Source of the DNA: a virus
Taxonomy: Duplodnaviria; Heunggongvirae; Uroviricota; Caudoviricetes
Length of the DNA stretch: 64,000 nt
Reading direction: 5' to 3' (one strand)
Virus record (IMG/VR): IMGVR_UViG_3300024346_000025
Span: 7,197-71,196 of that record
Positions 1-8,792 of this stretch are shown here, in pieces; positions within the stretch are counted from its first letter, which is position 1, and the number at the start of each line of letters is the position of its first letter. The notes under the pieces are model-generated. The model was not told where the DNA came from. It was given only the letters and a program-made list of their open reading frames with translations, and ran no database searches. A program made the translations under genes and the position numbers.

Positions 1-8
1 AAGGGCGC

Positions 9-179
9 ATGTACAATCCAGTAACATATAAGATTGCAACTATGAAGGCAGACGGCACTTGTACAGGTTGTGGCCGCATCTTAGAGAAACACGTCGACTA
101 TCTTGGAAAGGATGGCGGCTACGAGGGCAAACCATGGAGGCTTTGCGAGCCTTGTGTGTTAGCCATCCAAAGCATTTAG
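9..179 (+). CDS. hypothetical small zinc-ribbon protein (may be 5'-truncated by the window edge)
   Basis: Frame-3 ORF MYNPVTYKIATMKADGTCTGCG...CEPCVLAIQSI ending at TAG 177-179. Two CxxC pairs (CTGCG, CEPC). Reverse ORF 40..279 judged spurious. Confidence 0.35.
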   Translation: MYNPVTYKIATMKADGTCTGCGRILEKHVDYLGKDGGYEGKPWRLCEPCVLAIQSI

Positions 180-191
180 AGGTAATGAAAG

Positions 192-752
192 ATGAATGAC
201 ATGAGAAAGTTAATGGAGACTCTAGGTAAGATTGAAGAGGGTTACGAGACCAAACGCAAAACCCCAAATCAAATTGCAAAGAGCATTTTGAACCAATACA
301 AGTTCAACAACACAATGGCCTTTTCAGACGCAGTTAGTGGCGGGCGCAGATACAAACTAATCGGCATTCGTAAAAAAGACGCTGCCCCCAGCTATTACAG
401 CAACGGAGCGTACACTATTGGCCCTGTACCAACAGCAGCCGAACAGAAAAAGATCGGCGCAAAAATTAAAGCTGCCATTGAGGCTGCTGGTTGGGATGTT
501 GAAAGTTTTTCGTTTATAGAAAAGGAAATCATTACCCGAGTTCGTACCCCAGTAACAGAGGGAATGGAGACCATCGAACAGCTTAACGAAGTTAGTGATT
601 TCGATAGTGAGGCGTTAGATGAGTTAGTTAGGCGTTTTGCAGAGATGTGTGCGTCTTTCGGTATTTCAACCAACTCAACGAAGGCTAGGGATTTAATGAA
701 TGTAGTTCTTGCCCGCGCTGAAGATGTCGAACCTATTAAGAGGCTGGTGTAG
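192..752 (+). CDS. MNDMRKLME-family protein (186 aa), function unknown
   Basis: ATG ORF; N-terminus MNDMRKLMETLGKIEEG shared with six other ORFs; purine-rich stretch GGTAATGAAAG upstream of the start. Confidence 0.65.
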   Translation: MNDMRKLMETLGKIEEGYETKRKTPNQIAKSILNQYKFNNTMAFSDAVSGGRRYKLIGIRKKDAAPSYYSNGAYTIGPVPTAAEQKKIGAKIKAAIEAAGWDVESFSFIEKEIITRVRTPVTEGMETIEQLNEVSDFDSEALDELVRRFAEMCASFGISTNSTKARDLMNVVLARAEDVEPIKRLV

Positions 753-919
753 TGAAATGGAAGAAGGCCGCTGATTATTCAACCCTTCGCGAGGACTTTG
801 AGGTTTTTTATGCGGGGTTTGATTACGGATTCAATTCTAGCGCAAGTGGAGGCGCAGGCGAAGTATCTGAAGCTGAAGAAGCCTACCGCAAATGGAAAAA
901 GACTGGCGACTTAGGTTAA
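752..919 (+). CDS. possible small ORF (55 aa) with GTG start filling the gap between two family members
   Basis: GTG at 752 overlaps the preceding stop; open to TAA at 917-919; no in-frame ATG; exactly fills the intergenic gap. Weak. Confidence 0.2.
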   Translation: MKWKKAADYSTLREDFEVFYAGFDYGFNSSASGGAGEVSEAEEAYRKWKKTGDLG

Positions 920-928
920 GGAGAATTT

Positions 929-1267
929 ATGAATGACATGAGAAAGTTGATGGAGGCGATTGCACAAATTGAAGAACAACGTGATCCTAAAGAATGGGCA
1001 CAAATAATTTTAGATAAGTTTGTAGAGGACGAGTTCACTGTAAACTATATTAGACAAGAGGGCTTTGAAGAATGTCTTAGTTTAGCGTTTGGCGGCGAAC
1101 TTGGAGACGAGGGATATAGCGGCGAACCGACAGGATATTATGCGTTGGAGGAATCGGACCAAAAGAAAATCGAAAGATGGGTTAAAAGCCAGCTTCGTAA
1201 AGGGGCGAAGATTGATCCTGATGTTGCTGATTCGAGAGGACACATTGGCGGATCAAGACGAGGATAA
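929..1267 (+). CDS. MNDMRKLME-family protein (112 aa)
   Basis: Starts ATGAATGACATGAGAAAGTTGATGGAG; RBS GGAGAA 6 nt upstream; acidic protein. Confidence 0.65.
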   Translation: MNDMRKLMEAIAQIEEQRDPKEWAQIILDKFVEDEFTVNYIRQEGFEECLSLAFGGELGDEGYSGEPTGYYALEESDQKKIERWVKSQLRKGAKIDPDVADSRGHIGGSRRG

Positions 1268-1270
1268 GTT

Positions 1271-1591
1271 ATGAATGACATGAGAAAGTTAATTGAAGCT
1301 ATCGAATCCAACGAGCAAGAGTTAGATGAAGCTGTTGGCCAGGTTGTATATGTTGTTGCGCGCAATTATGATTATGAAGGCAGCGAGGTTCTCGGCGCGT
1401 TTATTTCTATGGAAGATGCAGTCGCAGCAATTAATGTATTGGATAGCCATCACGGATCTGGAGATTATTTAGGACTAGGTCATTTTGGTGCTGGAGATAG
1501 TTATACTGTTCATACGCTTTCGGTTGGTGATCAAAATGAAGATCACCCAGAAACACACTTCGATAAAAAATCAGATTTAGGATTAGGATAA
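1271..1591 (+). CDS. MNDMRKLIE-family protein (106 aa)
   Basis: Same conserved 5' coding segment; shares its 5' leader GGATAAGTTATGAAT with the next gene. Confidence 0.65.
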   Translation: MNDMRKLIEAIESNEQELDEAVGQVVYVVARNYDYEGSEVLGAFISMEDAVAAINVLDSHHGSGDYLGLGHFGAGDSYTVHTLSVGDQNEDHPETHFDKKSDLGLG

Positions 1592-1594
1592 GTT

Positions 1595-2035
1595 ATGAAT
1601 TCAGCAGCAAGAAAAACAATACTGATGATGACCAACACTGGTCTCAATCATAACCTCACTGGTGATGCTATTCGCGCCGACAGTTATTACGGCATGACGG
1701 ATGGTATTCACACTGTGCAGGTTGTGTATAGCAATTTCACTGGAAGCTTTGGTATCCAAGGAACGCTTGCTACTGATCCAACTGAGACTGATTGGTTTGA
1801 TATCAACTTGAATACAAGGGCTAATACTAGCGCAATGGATCCTATGATCTCATTCCCTGTTAACGTGTTATCTCCAACAGGCGATACTGGTGACACTGGT
1901 ACGCAAGCATTTACGTTTGTTGGCAACTTCGTATACCTACGCGCAATACTAGACCGTAGCTATATCCCAGAGCCAAGCAACCTAGATACAAGAACAGCAC
2001 TTGGTCACATAGATCGTGTGCTATTGAGTTTATAA
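1595..2035 (+). CDS. hypothetical protein (146 aa)
   Basis: ORF immediately after the previous stop; same leader GGATAAGTTATGAAT but not the MNDMRKLME N-terminus. Confidence 0.5.
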   Translation: MNSAARKTILMMTNTGLNHNLTGDAIRADSYYGMTDGIHTVQVVYSNFTGSFGIQGTLATDPTETDWFDINLNTRANTSAMDPMISFPVNVLSPTGDTGDTGTQAFTFVGNFVYLRAILDRSYIPEPSNLDTRTALGHIDRVLLSL

Positions 2036-2046
2036 GGAAAATAAAA

Positions 2047-2337
2047 ATGAACGACATGAGAAAGTTGATGGAAGAGATTGCAGCACTCAGTGAAGAAACA
2101 ACGGAAGAAGGCATTACAGGCAGACCAGCAACAAATATTGTTCGTAAGGCGCTTGGTAAGGTTCCATATGTTGAGGGCGCCGATGCGGTAGTCCACTTAA
2201 CTGTCGATCAGCTTATTATGAAAATGGAATTAGGTATGAAGGCTCGTAATAGCAATGACCCAGAGTTCCTACAAAAGCTTATGGGTGATGCCCGCAAGGA
2301 ATTAATAGACTTGCAGAAATGGTTGCGTAAAAAATAA
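2047..2337 (+). CDS. MNDMRKLME-family protein (96 aa); short paralogue of the downstream gene
   Basis: The N-terminal 20 aa and the C-terminal ~75 aa (…NSNDPEFLQKLMGDARKELIDLQKWLRKK) match 2371..2961 at protein and DNA level. Confidence 0.6.
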   Translation: MNDMRKLMEEIAALSEETTEEGITGRPATNIVRKALGKVPYVEGADAVVHLTVDQLIMKMELGMKARNSNDPEFLQKLMGDARKELIDLQKWLRKK

Positions 2338-2370
2338 GAGTGACCCACTAGATCTGAAGGAAAAATAAAA

Positions 2371-2961
2371 ATGAACGACATGAGAAAATTGATGGAGACC
2401 ATCGAACGGATTAACGAAATCGGCGCGGGAGGATTAGCTGGACTAGAAATGCGCGCCGATGAGATTAAGGCTGCACAAGGCGTTGTTGGAGATATTATTA
2501 ATCTATTAAACCAAACAGATGATAATGAAGAAGTAGTAGGAGCCTTACAGCAATTTGCAAAATTTCCTGGGGCTCCTGAGAATTTTATAGATTTATTAAG
2601 AGACGCTATGCGTGTTTATGTTCGTGCTTTTAAAGATGATCCTTATGTAAAAAGATTAAGTATCATACGTAATATGTTACAACACGGTGTTGTTCCAATG
2701 GAAGAAGGCATTATAGGTAGGGCAGCAACAGACATTGGTCGTAAACTAGTTAATAAGGTACCGTATGCTGAAGGCATAGAGCATATGGTCAGAATATCCG
2801 TTGAAAGTGTTATTATGAGATTGGAAATAGGTCTACAGTCCCGCAACAGTAATGATCCGGAATTCCTACAAAAGCTTATGGGTGATGCCCGCAAAGAATT
2901 AATCGAGTTGCAAAAATGGATGCGTAAACATAAGAGTGATCCACTAGGTCTGAAGGACTAA
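2371..2961 (+). CDS. MNDMRKLME-family protein (196 aa); long paralogue
   Basis: Conserved 5' segment; contains an internally repeated segment (…VPYVEG/…VPYAEG) and a C-terminus shared with 2047..2337. Confidence 0.65.
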   Translation: MNDMRKLMETIERINEIGAGGLAGLEMRADEIKAAQGVVGDIINLLNQTDDNEEVVGALQQFAKFPGAPENFIDLLRDAMRVYVRAFKDDPYVKRLSIIRNMLQHGVVPMEEGIIGRAATDIGRKLVNKVPYAEGIEHMVRISVESVIMRLEIGLQSRNSNDPEFLQKLMGDARKELIELQKWMRKHKSDPLGLKD

Positions 2962-2966
2962 ATAAC

Positions 2967-4211
2967 ATGGCACGAATTAGAGCAGGTAATACATTAGCGA
3001 ATCAATACGCACCACCGTTTGTGGTGTCTGATAGTGTGTCTACAAACTGGCACCTACGCTGGAGTGATAATCTAAAAGCATTTGAAGCGTATGATCCAGA
3101 TGAAAATGCTAACATCAACGCTGGATTCGATAGTATTGAGGTTTATGGTCCATTAGTTGGTACTGGTGGTCAAAGCTTTATTCTTCCGTGGGCAGTGGCT
3201 ACAAAACAATCGCTAATTATTACTATAAACGGTGTTAAGCAAGATCAAGCTGCTTATAGTTTAGGAACTGTCACTGATTCGACCACACAGGTTATTATGG
3301 CTTCGGCTGTCAATTCTCCGGACGAAATTGAATTTGTTGGTTTACAAGCAAGCAACCCAACTGACATTAAAGTATATACGGCTGTAGGTGACAACTCACA
3401 GATGACATGGACATTGCCTTGGGTAACCCCTAGTGCTGCCGCCCTAATTGTAACACTTGATGGTGTTAAACAAAGTGTAAACTCTTATATCATAACACCA
3501 GTAGGATTAGCGACTGACATAACCTTCACAGGAACCCCGGGTCTTGGTGTTGCTATTGAAGTTGTGGGTATTATTGATACAGGCGAAACACCAGCAAGCC
3601 CAGTTAACATGATTAACCTGTATACGGGACCTGGCAGCGCAAGTGTGTACAAAGAAAAAGTAACATCGGGTGCAACGCAAATATTTAACATGCGAAGTCT
3701 TTCTGAAGGGACAGGAGTCACACTAACTGAAGGACCAACAAGCATTACAATAAGTGCTGCTTCTAAGACATTTTCTAACTTAGGTTCTGGTCGTACATTG
3801 ATGGTCGATCCCAATGCTGATCCTATAGAATTTTATGCCGTAACTGGTTCAGGTCGAATTGAAATTTCTAATCCTGCATTAACAGGCGACACTCTTACTT
3901 TTTCATATAACCACGGATACAAGCAAGACGGAGCAGCAACAGTTAATGCTAGTCCCACTGACCGCGTCGTCGGTGTAACAAACGCCGGTTCCGCTGTTAC
4001 TGTTAACTTAGCAGCCATTGGTAACATGACTGCTGGTGACTCGATCACAGTAAAGGATGAGGCGGGGGATGCTAACACGTTTAACATCACAATTGAAACT
4101 GCAGGAGCCGAAACTATAGACGGTGCTGCTAATTATACGATAAACACTGCATATGGATACGTCACACTTTACAGCGATGGTGCAAACTACTTTGTAATTG
4201 CTGCGGGATAA
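2967..4211 (+). CDS. tail-fibre-like or receptor-binding structural protein (414 aa)
   Basis: Thr/Gly/Ser-rich; internal duplicated ~60-aa domain (…FILPWAVATKQSLIITINGVKQ… / …WTLPWVTPSAAALIVTLDGVKQ…). Antisense ORFs inside it rejected. Confidence 0.5.
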   Translation: MARIRAGNTLANQYAPPFVVSDSVSTNWHLRWSDNLKAFEAYDPDENANINAGFDSIEVYGPLVGTGGQSFILPWAVATKQSLIITINGVKQDQAAYSLGTVTDSTTQVIMASAVNSPDEIEFVGLQASNPTDIKVYTAVGDNSQMTWTLPWVTPSAAALIVTLDGVKQSVNSYIITPVGLATDITFTGTPGLGVAIEVVGIIDTGETPASPVNMINLYTGPGSASVYKEKVTSGATQIFNMRSLSEGTGVTLTEGPTSITISAASKTFSNLGSGRTLMVDPNADPIEFYAVTGSGRIEISNPALTGDTLTFSYNHGYKQDGAATVNASPTDRVVGVTNAGSAVTVNLAAIGNMTAGDSITVKDEAGDANTFNITIETAGAETIDGAANYTINTAYGYVTLYSDGANYFVIAAG

Positions 4212-4220
4212 TAACTCTCA

Positions 4221-5372
4221 ATGGCCCTAACTAGAATACGCACTGACAACATCCTAGACCGCGAGGTTAAGACGCAAGACCTTGCAGATGCTGCTGTTAC
4301 GTTTGATAAGATAGCTGGAGCCTCTGGTGGGTTAGCTGGAGATGTTTTAAAAACTGATGGTGCCGGTAATTTGTTTTGGCAACCAGCAACAGGTTCAAGC
4401 ACAGCACTAACCTCACTAACTGATGTAGATGTTGTAAGTAGACCACCAATAAATGGTGACTCGCTTGTATACAATACGCTCACATTAAAATGGGAACCAG
4501 GTAGCCGAGTTCCTAGCAGTCTCGGTCTCAATAGTCTCATTGACGTCTCATTTGCATATCCTCTTGTCCAAGATCAATTCTTACGTTACTCTGGCACGGG
4601 CTGGGTTAACAGTAAAGTATCAGCAGCCTATGTGCAAGGGCTTGCAGCCGTAGGTCTTACAGGGCTACTAAACTCTCTCACTGATGTTAACGTCACTGGA
4701 GCTACTGTCGGTCAACGATTAGGATTCGATGGTGTACAATGGCGCGCGTATGATGCCGCAGAATTTGGTAGTATAGATCAACTTACTGATGTTGACACAA
4801 GCACCACAGCCCCGGTTGGCGGTGATGCCCTTGTATGGAATGGTACAACGAATCAATGGGAGCCACTCTCAGTTGGTCTTGGTGCCAGCAGCAATACATA
4901 CGTGGTTGCAGACATAACAGCCCGCAATGCGTTGAGTGCAGCAAGCGGTGATCAATGTTTTGTTCGCACAGGTACTAGCGGTGAATGGGAATTATACCTA
5001 TGGGATTCAGCTTGGGTACTCATTGCTACTAACGATTCGGCACAGAGTGATGCAAACACAATTGAAGCAGTGGTTTACTTCAACACTGGTTCGCCTGTCC
5101 TGCTTGGTAACATTAGTGCTAACTCTCGCGTCACACTAGTCAGTATAGAGGTTATAACGATATTTGACGGTACACCAACACTTACGATTGGTGATGCTGG
5201 TGATAATGCACGATTAATTGATGATAATTTACACGACCTAACAGTTGTTGGTACTTATAATGCTACGACAGATTATGTTTATTCCAGCGCGGTTGACACA
5301 GACATATACGCATATTTCGCCTTCCCAGGCGCTACGCAGGGTGAAGCAAGGGTGCTCGTGACATACGTCTAA
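4221..5372 (+). CDS. tail-fibre-like protein (383 aa)
   Basis: Repeated L[TN]SL[TI]DV[DN]V motifs (at least three); Thr/Gly-rich beta-rich composition typical of fibres. Confidence 0.5.
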   Translation: MALTRIRTDNILDREVKTQDLADAAVTFDKIAGASGGLAGDVLKTDGAGNLFWQPATGSSTALTSLTDVDVVSRPPINGDSLVYNTLTLKWEPGSRVPSSLGLNSLIDVSFAYPLVQDQFLRYSGTGWVNSKVSAAYVQGLAAVGLTGLLNSLTDVNVTGATVGQRLGFDGVQWRAYDAAEFGSIDQLTDVDTSTTAPVGGDALVWNGTTNQWEPLSVGLGASSNTYVVADITARNALSAASGDQCFVRTGTSGEWELYLWDSAWVLIATNDSAQSDANTIEAVVYFNTGSPVLLGNISANSRVTLVSIEVITIFDGTPTLTIGDAGDNARLIDDNLHDLTVVGTYNATTDYVYSSAVDTDIYAYFAFPGATQGEARVLVTYV

Positions 5373-5388
5373 GAAAAACGCAGTGTTA

Positions 5389-5401
5389 AGATAAATATAA
5401 G
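5389..5401 (+). promoter_or_regulatory. late-promoter-like motif AGATAAATATAAG
   Basis: ATAAATA core about 35 nt upstream of the ATG of the 690-aa fibre gene; resembles the T4 late TATAAATA box. Confidence 0.3.
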
Positions 5402-5426
5402 AAGAAGAAGCATTGAGGACACATGA

Positions 5427-7499
5427 ATGACAACTAAAAATTATGGTTTAGCGGGTATCGGCGCCGACGTACAGCTTGGCAAAGCTGGCGGACGTTTAGT
5501 ATATAATACAGGCGCATCCGATTTCCGTTTTACAACGGATGGATCAACCCTTGCACATCTGCAAATATTAGATCCAGTAGCAGCAACTGATGCAGCGACA
5601 AAGCAATACGTAGACGATAGGTCTGCTGGTTTAGATCCTAAGGAATCGGTTAGAGCAGCAACGACCGGCGTTCTTTCTGGTGCAGCTTACTCTGCTGGTA
5701 GCGGAGCAGGTGGTACAGGTCAGTTTACATCTGCACCTGCAGCAATAGATGGTGTAACACTAGCACAGGGTAATCGGGTACTTGTTAAAAATCAATCGAC
5801 ACAGACTCAAAATGGTATCTATGTTGTTACGGCAACAACCACGACGTGGGATAGAGCATCAGATTTTGATGCCAACAACGAAGTAACTGCTGGTGCGTTT
5901 ACGTTCGTTGAGGAAGGTACAGCGAACCAAAACAGCGGCTGGGTACTACAAGGTCCCGACCCACTAACGCTTAATTCATCTAATCTAGTTTTTGCACTTT
6001 TCAGCACATCAACAGACTTGATTGCTGGTAATGGTCTTGTAAAGAATGGCAACGCACTTGACTTAGACTTTAGCGAATTAACAACTGCGACTACTATTGC
6101 AACTGCAGACACGCTTATTTTCCAAGATGGTGGAACTACAGAATCACAAATCACGGTTGCTAACTTCTTAGCTGACAGAGATATTGTTACTGCTACAGCG
6201 GACGGAATACTTACCCGCACTGCGAACGACACGTATGCTTCCCGCACCCTTACAGCATCAGCTGTGGCTGGTGACGAGGGCATTAGTATAGTAAATGGTG
6301 ACGGCGTTGCAGGCAATCCAACAATTGGTATTGACATTGTTGGTCAGACAAATCTAACGACAGACGATGTTGATGATGCTGATGAAATATTATTGTATCA
6401 CTCAGTAGCAGGCGGAACAGAAGGTGTAGGTAACTATGCAGTCACAGCATCCAAGTTAAAGACATACATGAATGCCGGTACTTCTGCCACTAGTATTACA
6501 GAGCTTAACACAACCTTAGCAGTAAGTGATAGTGGCACAAACGGTACGTTGACATTTACAGCAGACGGCACGGTTGTACTTACTGTAACTGACACGGTTG
6601 CTACATTCCAAAATGGTTTAGATATTACCATGAACACTGGCAGCACGTTAACTGTTACTGACTTGGCTGCTGGTCGTGTTGTATACACATCAACTGGCGG
6701 GCTATTAGTTACTGATGCAAGCTATACGTATAACGGCACAACGTGGTCATTGACAGCGGCTGCTAATATTACTGGTGATTTAGACGTTGACAACATTAAT
6801 ATTAATGGCAACGCAGTCACAGTTACAAACACAAACGGTAACCTAGACCTAAGTGCAAATGGCACAGGTGATACAAGGATACTAGATGGTGCGGGCGCAG
6901 AGATTGTAGAATTTTTAAACGGTTCTACAGCGGTCAATGGGTTGGCATTCCAGGCAGGTGCAACTGGTGTTGCTCCTTACATTACAACAGGTACTGGTGC
7001 TGAAGCTAATATAGATATCGGCTTCTTGATGAATGGCACAGGCGTGTTATCGGTCACAGCAGGTTCAGGCAACTACGAAGATAACGTTACGGCCGACGAT
7101 GACATTCCGAATAAGCTATATGTTGATAATGCAGTAGCAGCGGGCGTCGGTTTAACTGGTAACGTTGATACTATTACTGAAACAATCTCCCTGGCCGTTC
7201 CGGGTACACTCACAATAGGTGCAGCGACAGGTATTCCAGCTAACTGCACGATTCTAAGTACACTAGTAGATATTACAGTAGCAACAGATACAGCGGTTAC
7301 ATTAACGGTCGGTGATACAACAAACGGTGCTGCGAGTTATATGGCAGCAACAGAAAATGATCCAGAGATAATAGGCACTTACATTGCTGATGGGCGTTTG
7401 CTTAACGGTGGCACTGCTAGACAAGCTAATGCTACAGTTGGTGGTGTAGATGGTACAACTGGTACCGCAACTATAATTATTACGTTTAGACACGCATAA
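5427..7499 (+). CDS. tail fibre protein (690 aa)
   Basis: N-terminus GLAGIGADVQLGKAGGRL…FRFT…LQILDPVAATDAATKQYVDD looks typical of phage fibre N-termini; long Thr/Gly/Asn-rich beta-region; followed by a terminator. Confidence 0.6.
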   Translation: MTTKNYGLAGIGADVQLGKAGGRLVYNTGASDFRFTTDGSTLAHLQILDPVAATDAATKQYVDDRSAGLDPKESVRAATTGVLSGAAYSAGSGAGGTGQFTSAPAAIDGVTLAQGNRVLVKNQSTQTQNGIYVVTATTTTWDRASDFDANNEVTAGAFTFVEEGTANQNSGWVLQGPDPLTLNSSNLVFALFSTSTDLIAGNGLVKNGNALDLDFSELTTATTIATADTLIFQDGGTTESQITVANFLADRDIVTATADGILTRTANDTYASRTLTASAVAGDEGISIVNGDGVAGNPTIGIDIVGQTNLTTDDVDDADEILLYHSVAGGTEGVGNYAVTASKLKTYMNAGTSATSITELNTTLAVSDSGTNGTLTFTADGTVVLTVTDTVATFQNGLDITMNTGSTLTVTDLAAGRVVYTSTGGLLVTDASYTYNGTTWSLTAAANITGDLDVDNININGNAVTVTNTNGNLDLSANGTGDTRILDGAGAEIVEFLNGSTAVNGLAFQAGATGVAPYITTGTGAEANIDIGFLMNGTGVLSVTAGSGNYEDNVTADDDIPNKLYVDNAVAAGVGLTGNVDTITETISLAVPGTLTIGAATGIPANCTILSTLVDITVATDTAVTLTVGDTTNGAASYMAATENDPEIIGTYIADGRLLNGGTARQANATVGGVDGTTGTATIIITFRHA

Positions 7500-7545
7500 T
7501 AGAATTTCTTAGGACCGACACATCTTTGATGTGCTAAGAGGTAGA

Positions 7546-7578
7546 GAGCCCCGATTCTCCCGACGGGGCTTTCTTTTT
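7546..7578 (+). terminator. rho-independent terminator
   Basis: Stem AGCCCCG (7547-7553) / CGGGGCT (7564-7570), 10-nt loop, then TTTCTTTTT. Confidence 0.6.
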
Positions 7579-7597
7579 GTCTTTATTTCCTGAGACA

Positions 7598-7607
7598 TTG
7601 ATAAATA
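7598..7607 (+). promoter_or_regulatory. late-promoter-like motif TTGATAAATA
   Basis: TGATAAATA about 30 nt upstream of the ATG at 7639. Confidence 0.3.
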
Positions 7608-7638
7608 CAAATAGCAAGGACAACTGAGGAGAAGTAGC

Positions 7639-8028
7639 ATGGCATGTGAGAAGTGCGGTGCAGAGAACGGACAGGTAGACGAATCCTATCACGTTCACAA
7701 ACACCTAGAAGCCAAGTATAAGAAGTACTGGAGACCGATAGCCGCCTATGTTTATTTGACTATCTGTTTGTTTGATTTTATGGGTATGCCTATTTATACA
7801 GCATACAATAATAGCAATATAGACACAGCAGCACTAGCAGAGATACGGTTGTTTGAGGATCCAGAAGTTAGGAAGGTAGCATTAGCGCAATTGAATTTAG
7901 GTAAGAAAGAATGGCATCCAATTACATTAGAAGGCGGGGCCTTGTTTCATCTCAGCTTTGGTGCTATAATAGGTATATCTGCGTTTAGTCGCGGACAAGA
8001 AAAGAAAGCTGCTATACAGCGAGGATAA
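7639..8028 (+). CDS. membrane protein with N-terminal CxxC (129 aa); possible holin-like protein
   Basis: Two hydrophobic segments (IAAYVYLTICLFDFMGMPIY; GALFHLSFGAIIGISAF); RBS GAGGAG 8 nt upstream. Confidence 0.45.
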   Translation: MACEKCGAENGQVDESYHVHKHLEAKYKKYWRPIAAYVYLTICLFDFMGMPIYTAYNNSNIDTAALAEIRLFEDPEVRKVALAQLNLGKKEWHPITLEGGALFHLSFGAIIGISAFSRGQEKKAAIQRG

Positions 8029-8032
8029 TAGA

Positions 8033-8461
8033 ATGAATGATATGAGAAAATTGATGGAAACCGCATCAGCACTTGACTACGATAGCGATGTTATCGATAA
8101 AATAAACTCTCGTGACCGTCTTTGGGCAGTTGAGACTCGTGATCGCTATGAGGATAGATGGGAAGGGATTAAATCAGGGCTTCATTCTGAAGAAGAAGCC
8201 CAAGCAGTATTGAAATATCACCTAAAGAAATGGTTTGATAATGTTGACAAACACATTGAGGATTATTATTCCATAACTGGCGGTGCTACGGGGAACGATG
8301 CGAGTATCACAAGAAAACTTTCGAATCCAAATTACTACCAATGTTGGATATATGACCCGGGTGCTGTCTGGTGGCGTGGGTTTCAGCAGGGCGAAGATCT
8401 CGCCCCTAATTTACGTAAAGTTTTAGATAGGGAATATCGAATCACAAATAACGACATTTAA
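8033..8461 (+). CDS. MNDMRKLME-family protein (142 aa)
   Basis: Starts ATGAATGATATGAGAAAATTGATGGAA. Confidence 0.6.
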   Translation: MNDMRKLMETASALDYDSDVIDKINSRDRLWAVETRDRYEDRWEGIKSGLHSEEEAQAVLKYHLKKWFDNVDKHIEDYYSITGGATGNDASITRKLSNPNYYQCWIYDPGAVWWRGFQQGEDLAPNLRKVLDREYRITNNDI

Positions 8462-8472
8462 GGATTAGAGCA

Positions 8473-8790
8473 ATGAATGATATGAGAAAACTAGTGGAGT
8501 CTTTAGAGGCTATTGAAGAAGGCATAAACGCAAGACCAGATGAGATTGCTGAGGAGCTTGGTCATATTAAAGATCAGATAAAGGATCTCCTAGAAGAAGC
8601 CCGCTATATAGTAGAGCATGTTGGTGGTCAAATTGAAGCGAGAGCAACATCTTATTGGCTTCCGCACATTGCAATGGCATTGGATAGTGATCATGGTTAT
8701 TTGGGTGGTAGCATGGCTACTATGCAAAGCACGATTGATGAAATCCTCGAACAAGAAGATGATGAAGATTATCACAAAGACGACATCTAA
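8473..8790 (+). CDS. MNDMRKLVE-family protein (105 aa), acidic C-terminus
   Basis: Starts ATGAATGATATGAGAAAACTAGTGGAG; ends in an acidic tail (EQEDDEDYHKDDI). Confidence 0.6.
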   Translation: MNDMRKLVESLEAIEEGINARPDEIAEELGHIKDQIKDLLEEARYIVEHVGGQIEARATSYWLPHIAMALDSDHGYLGGSMATMQSTIDEILEQEDDEDYHKDDI

Positions 8791-8792
8791 TA

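Noticed and set aside
40-279. Minus-strand 79-aa ORF overlapping the first plus-strand genes
   Set aside because: Antisense to two well-supported plus-strand ORFs (a zinc-ribbon ORF and the first MNDMRKLME gene). No RBS and no context.
3485-6937. Several minus-strand ORFs (3485..3814, 3833..4090, 5819..6337, 6434..6688, 6722..6937) inside the fibre genes
   Set aside because: Antisense frames of Thr/Gly/Ala-rich fibre genes commonly stay open. The plus-strand ORFs are long, contiguous and repeat-structured.
7500-7638. tRNA gene in the longest non-coding stretches (7500-7638, 25660-25810, 38824-38979)
   Set aside because: No cloverleaf-compatible sequence and no GTTCRANYC T-loop. These regions are occupied by terminator and promoter elements.
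192-8500. Possibility that the repeated ~30-nt ATGAAYGAYATGAGAAA… segments are a CRISPR array or direct repeats of a mobile element
   Set aside because: Spacing is irregular (340 bp to several kb). Each copy is a start codon followed by an in-frame ORF with conserved amino acids and synonymous variation. No cas genes and no transposase.
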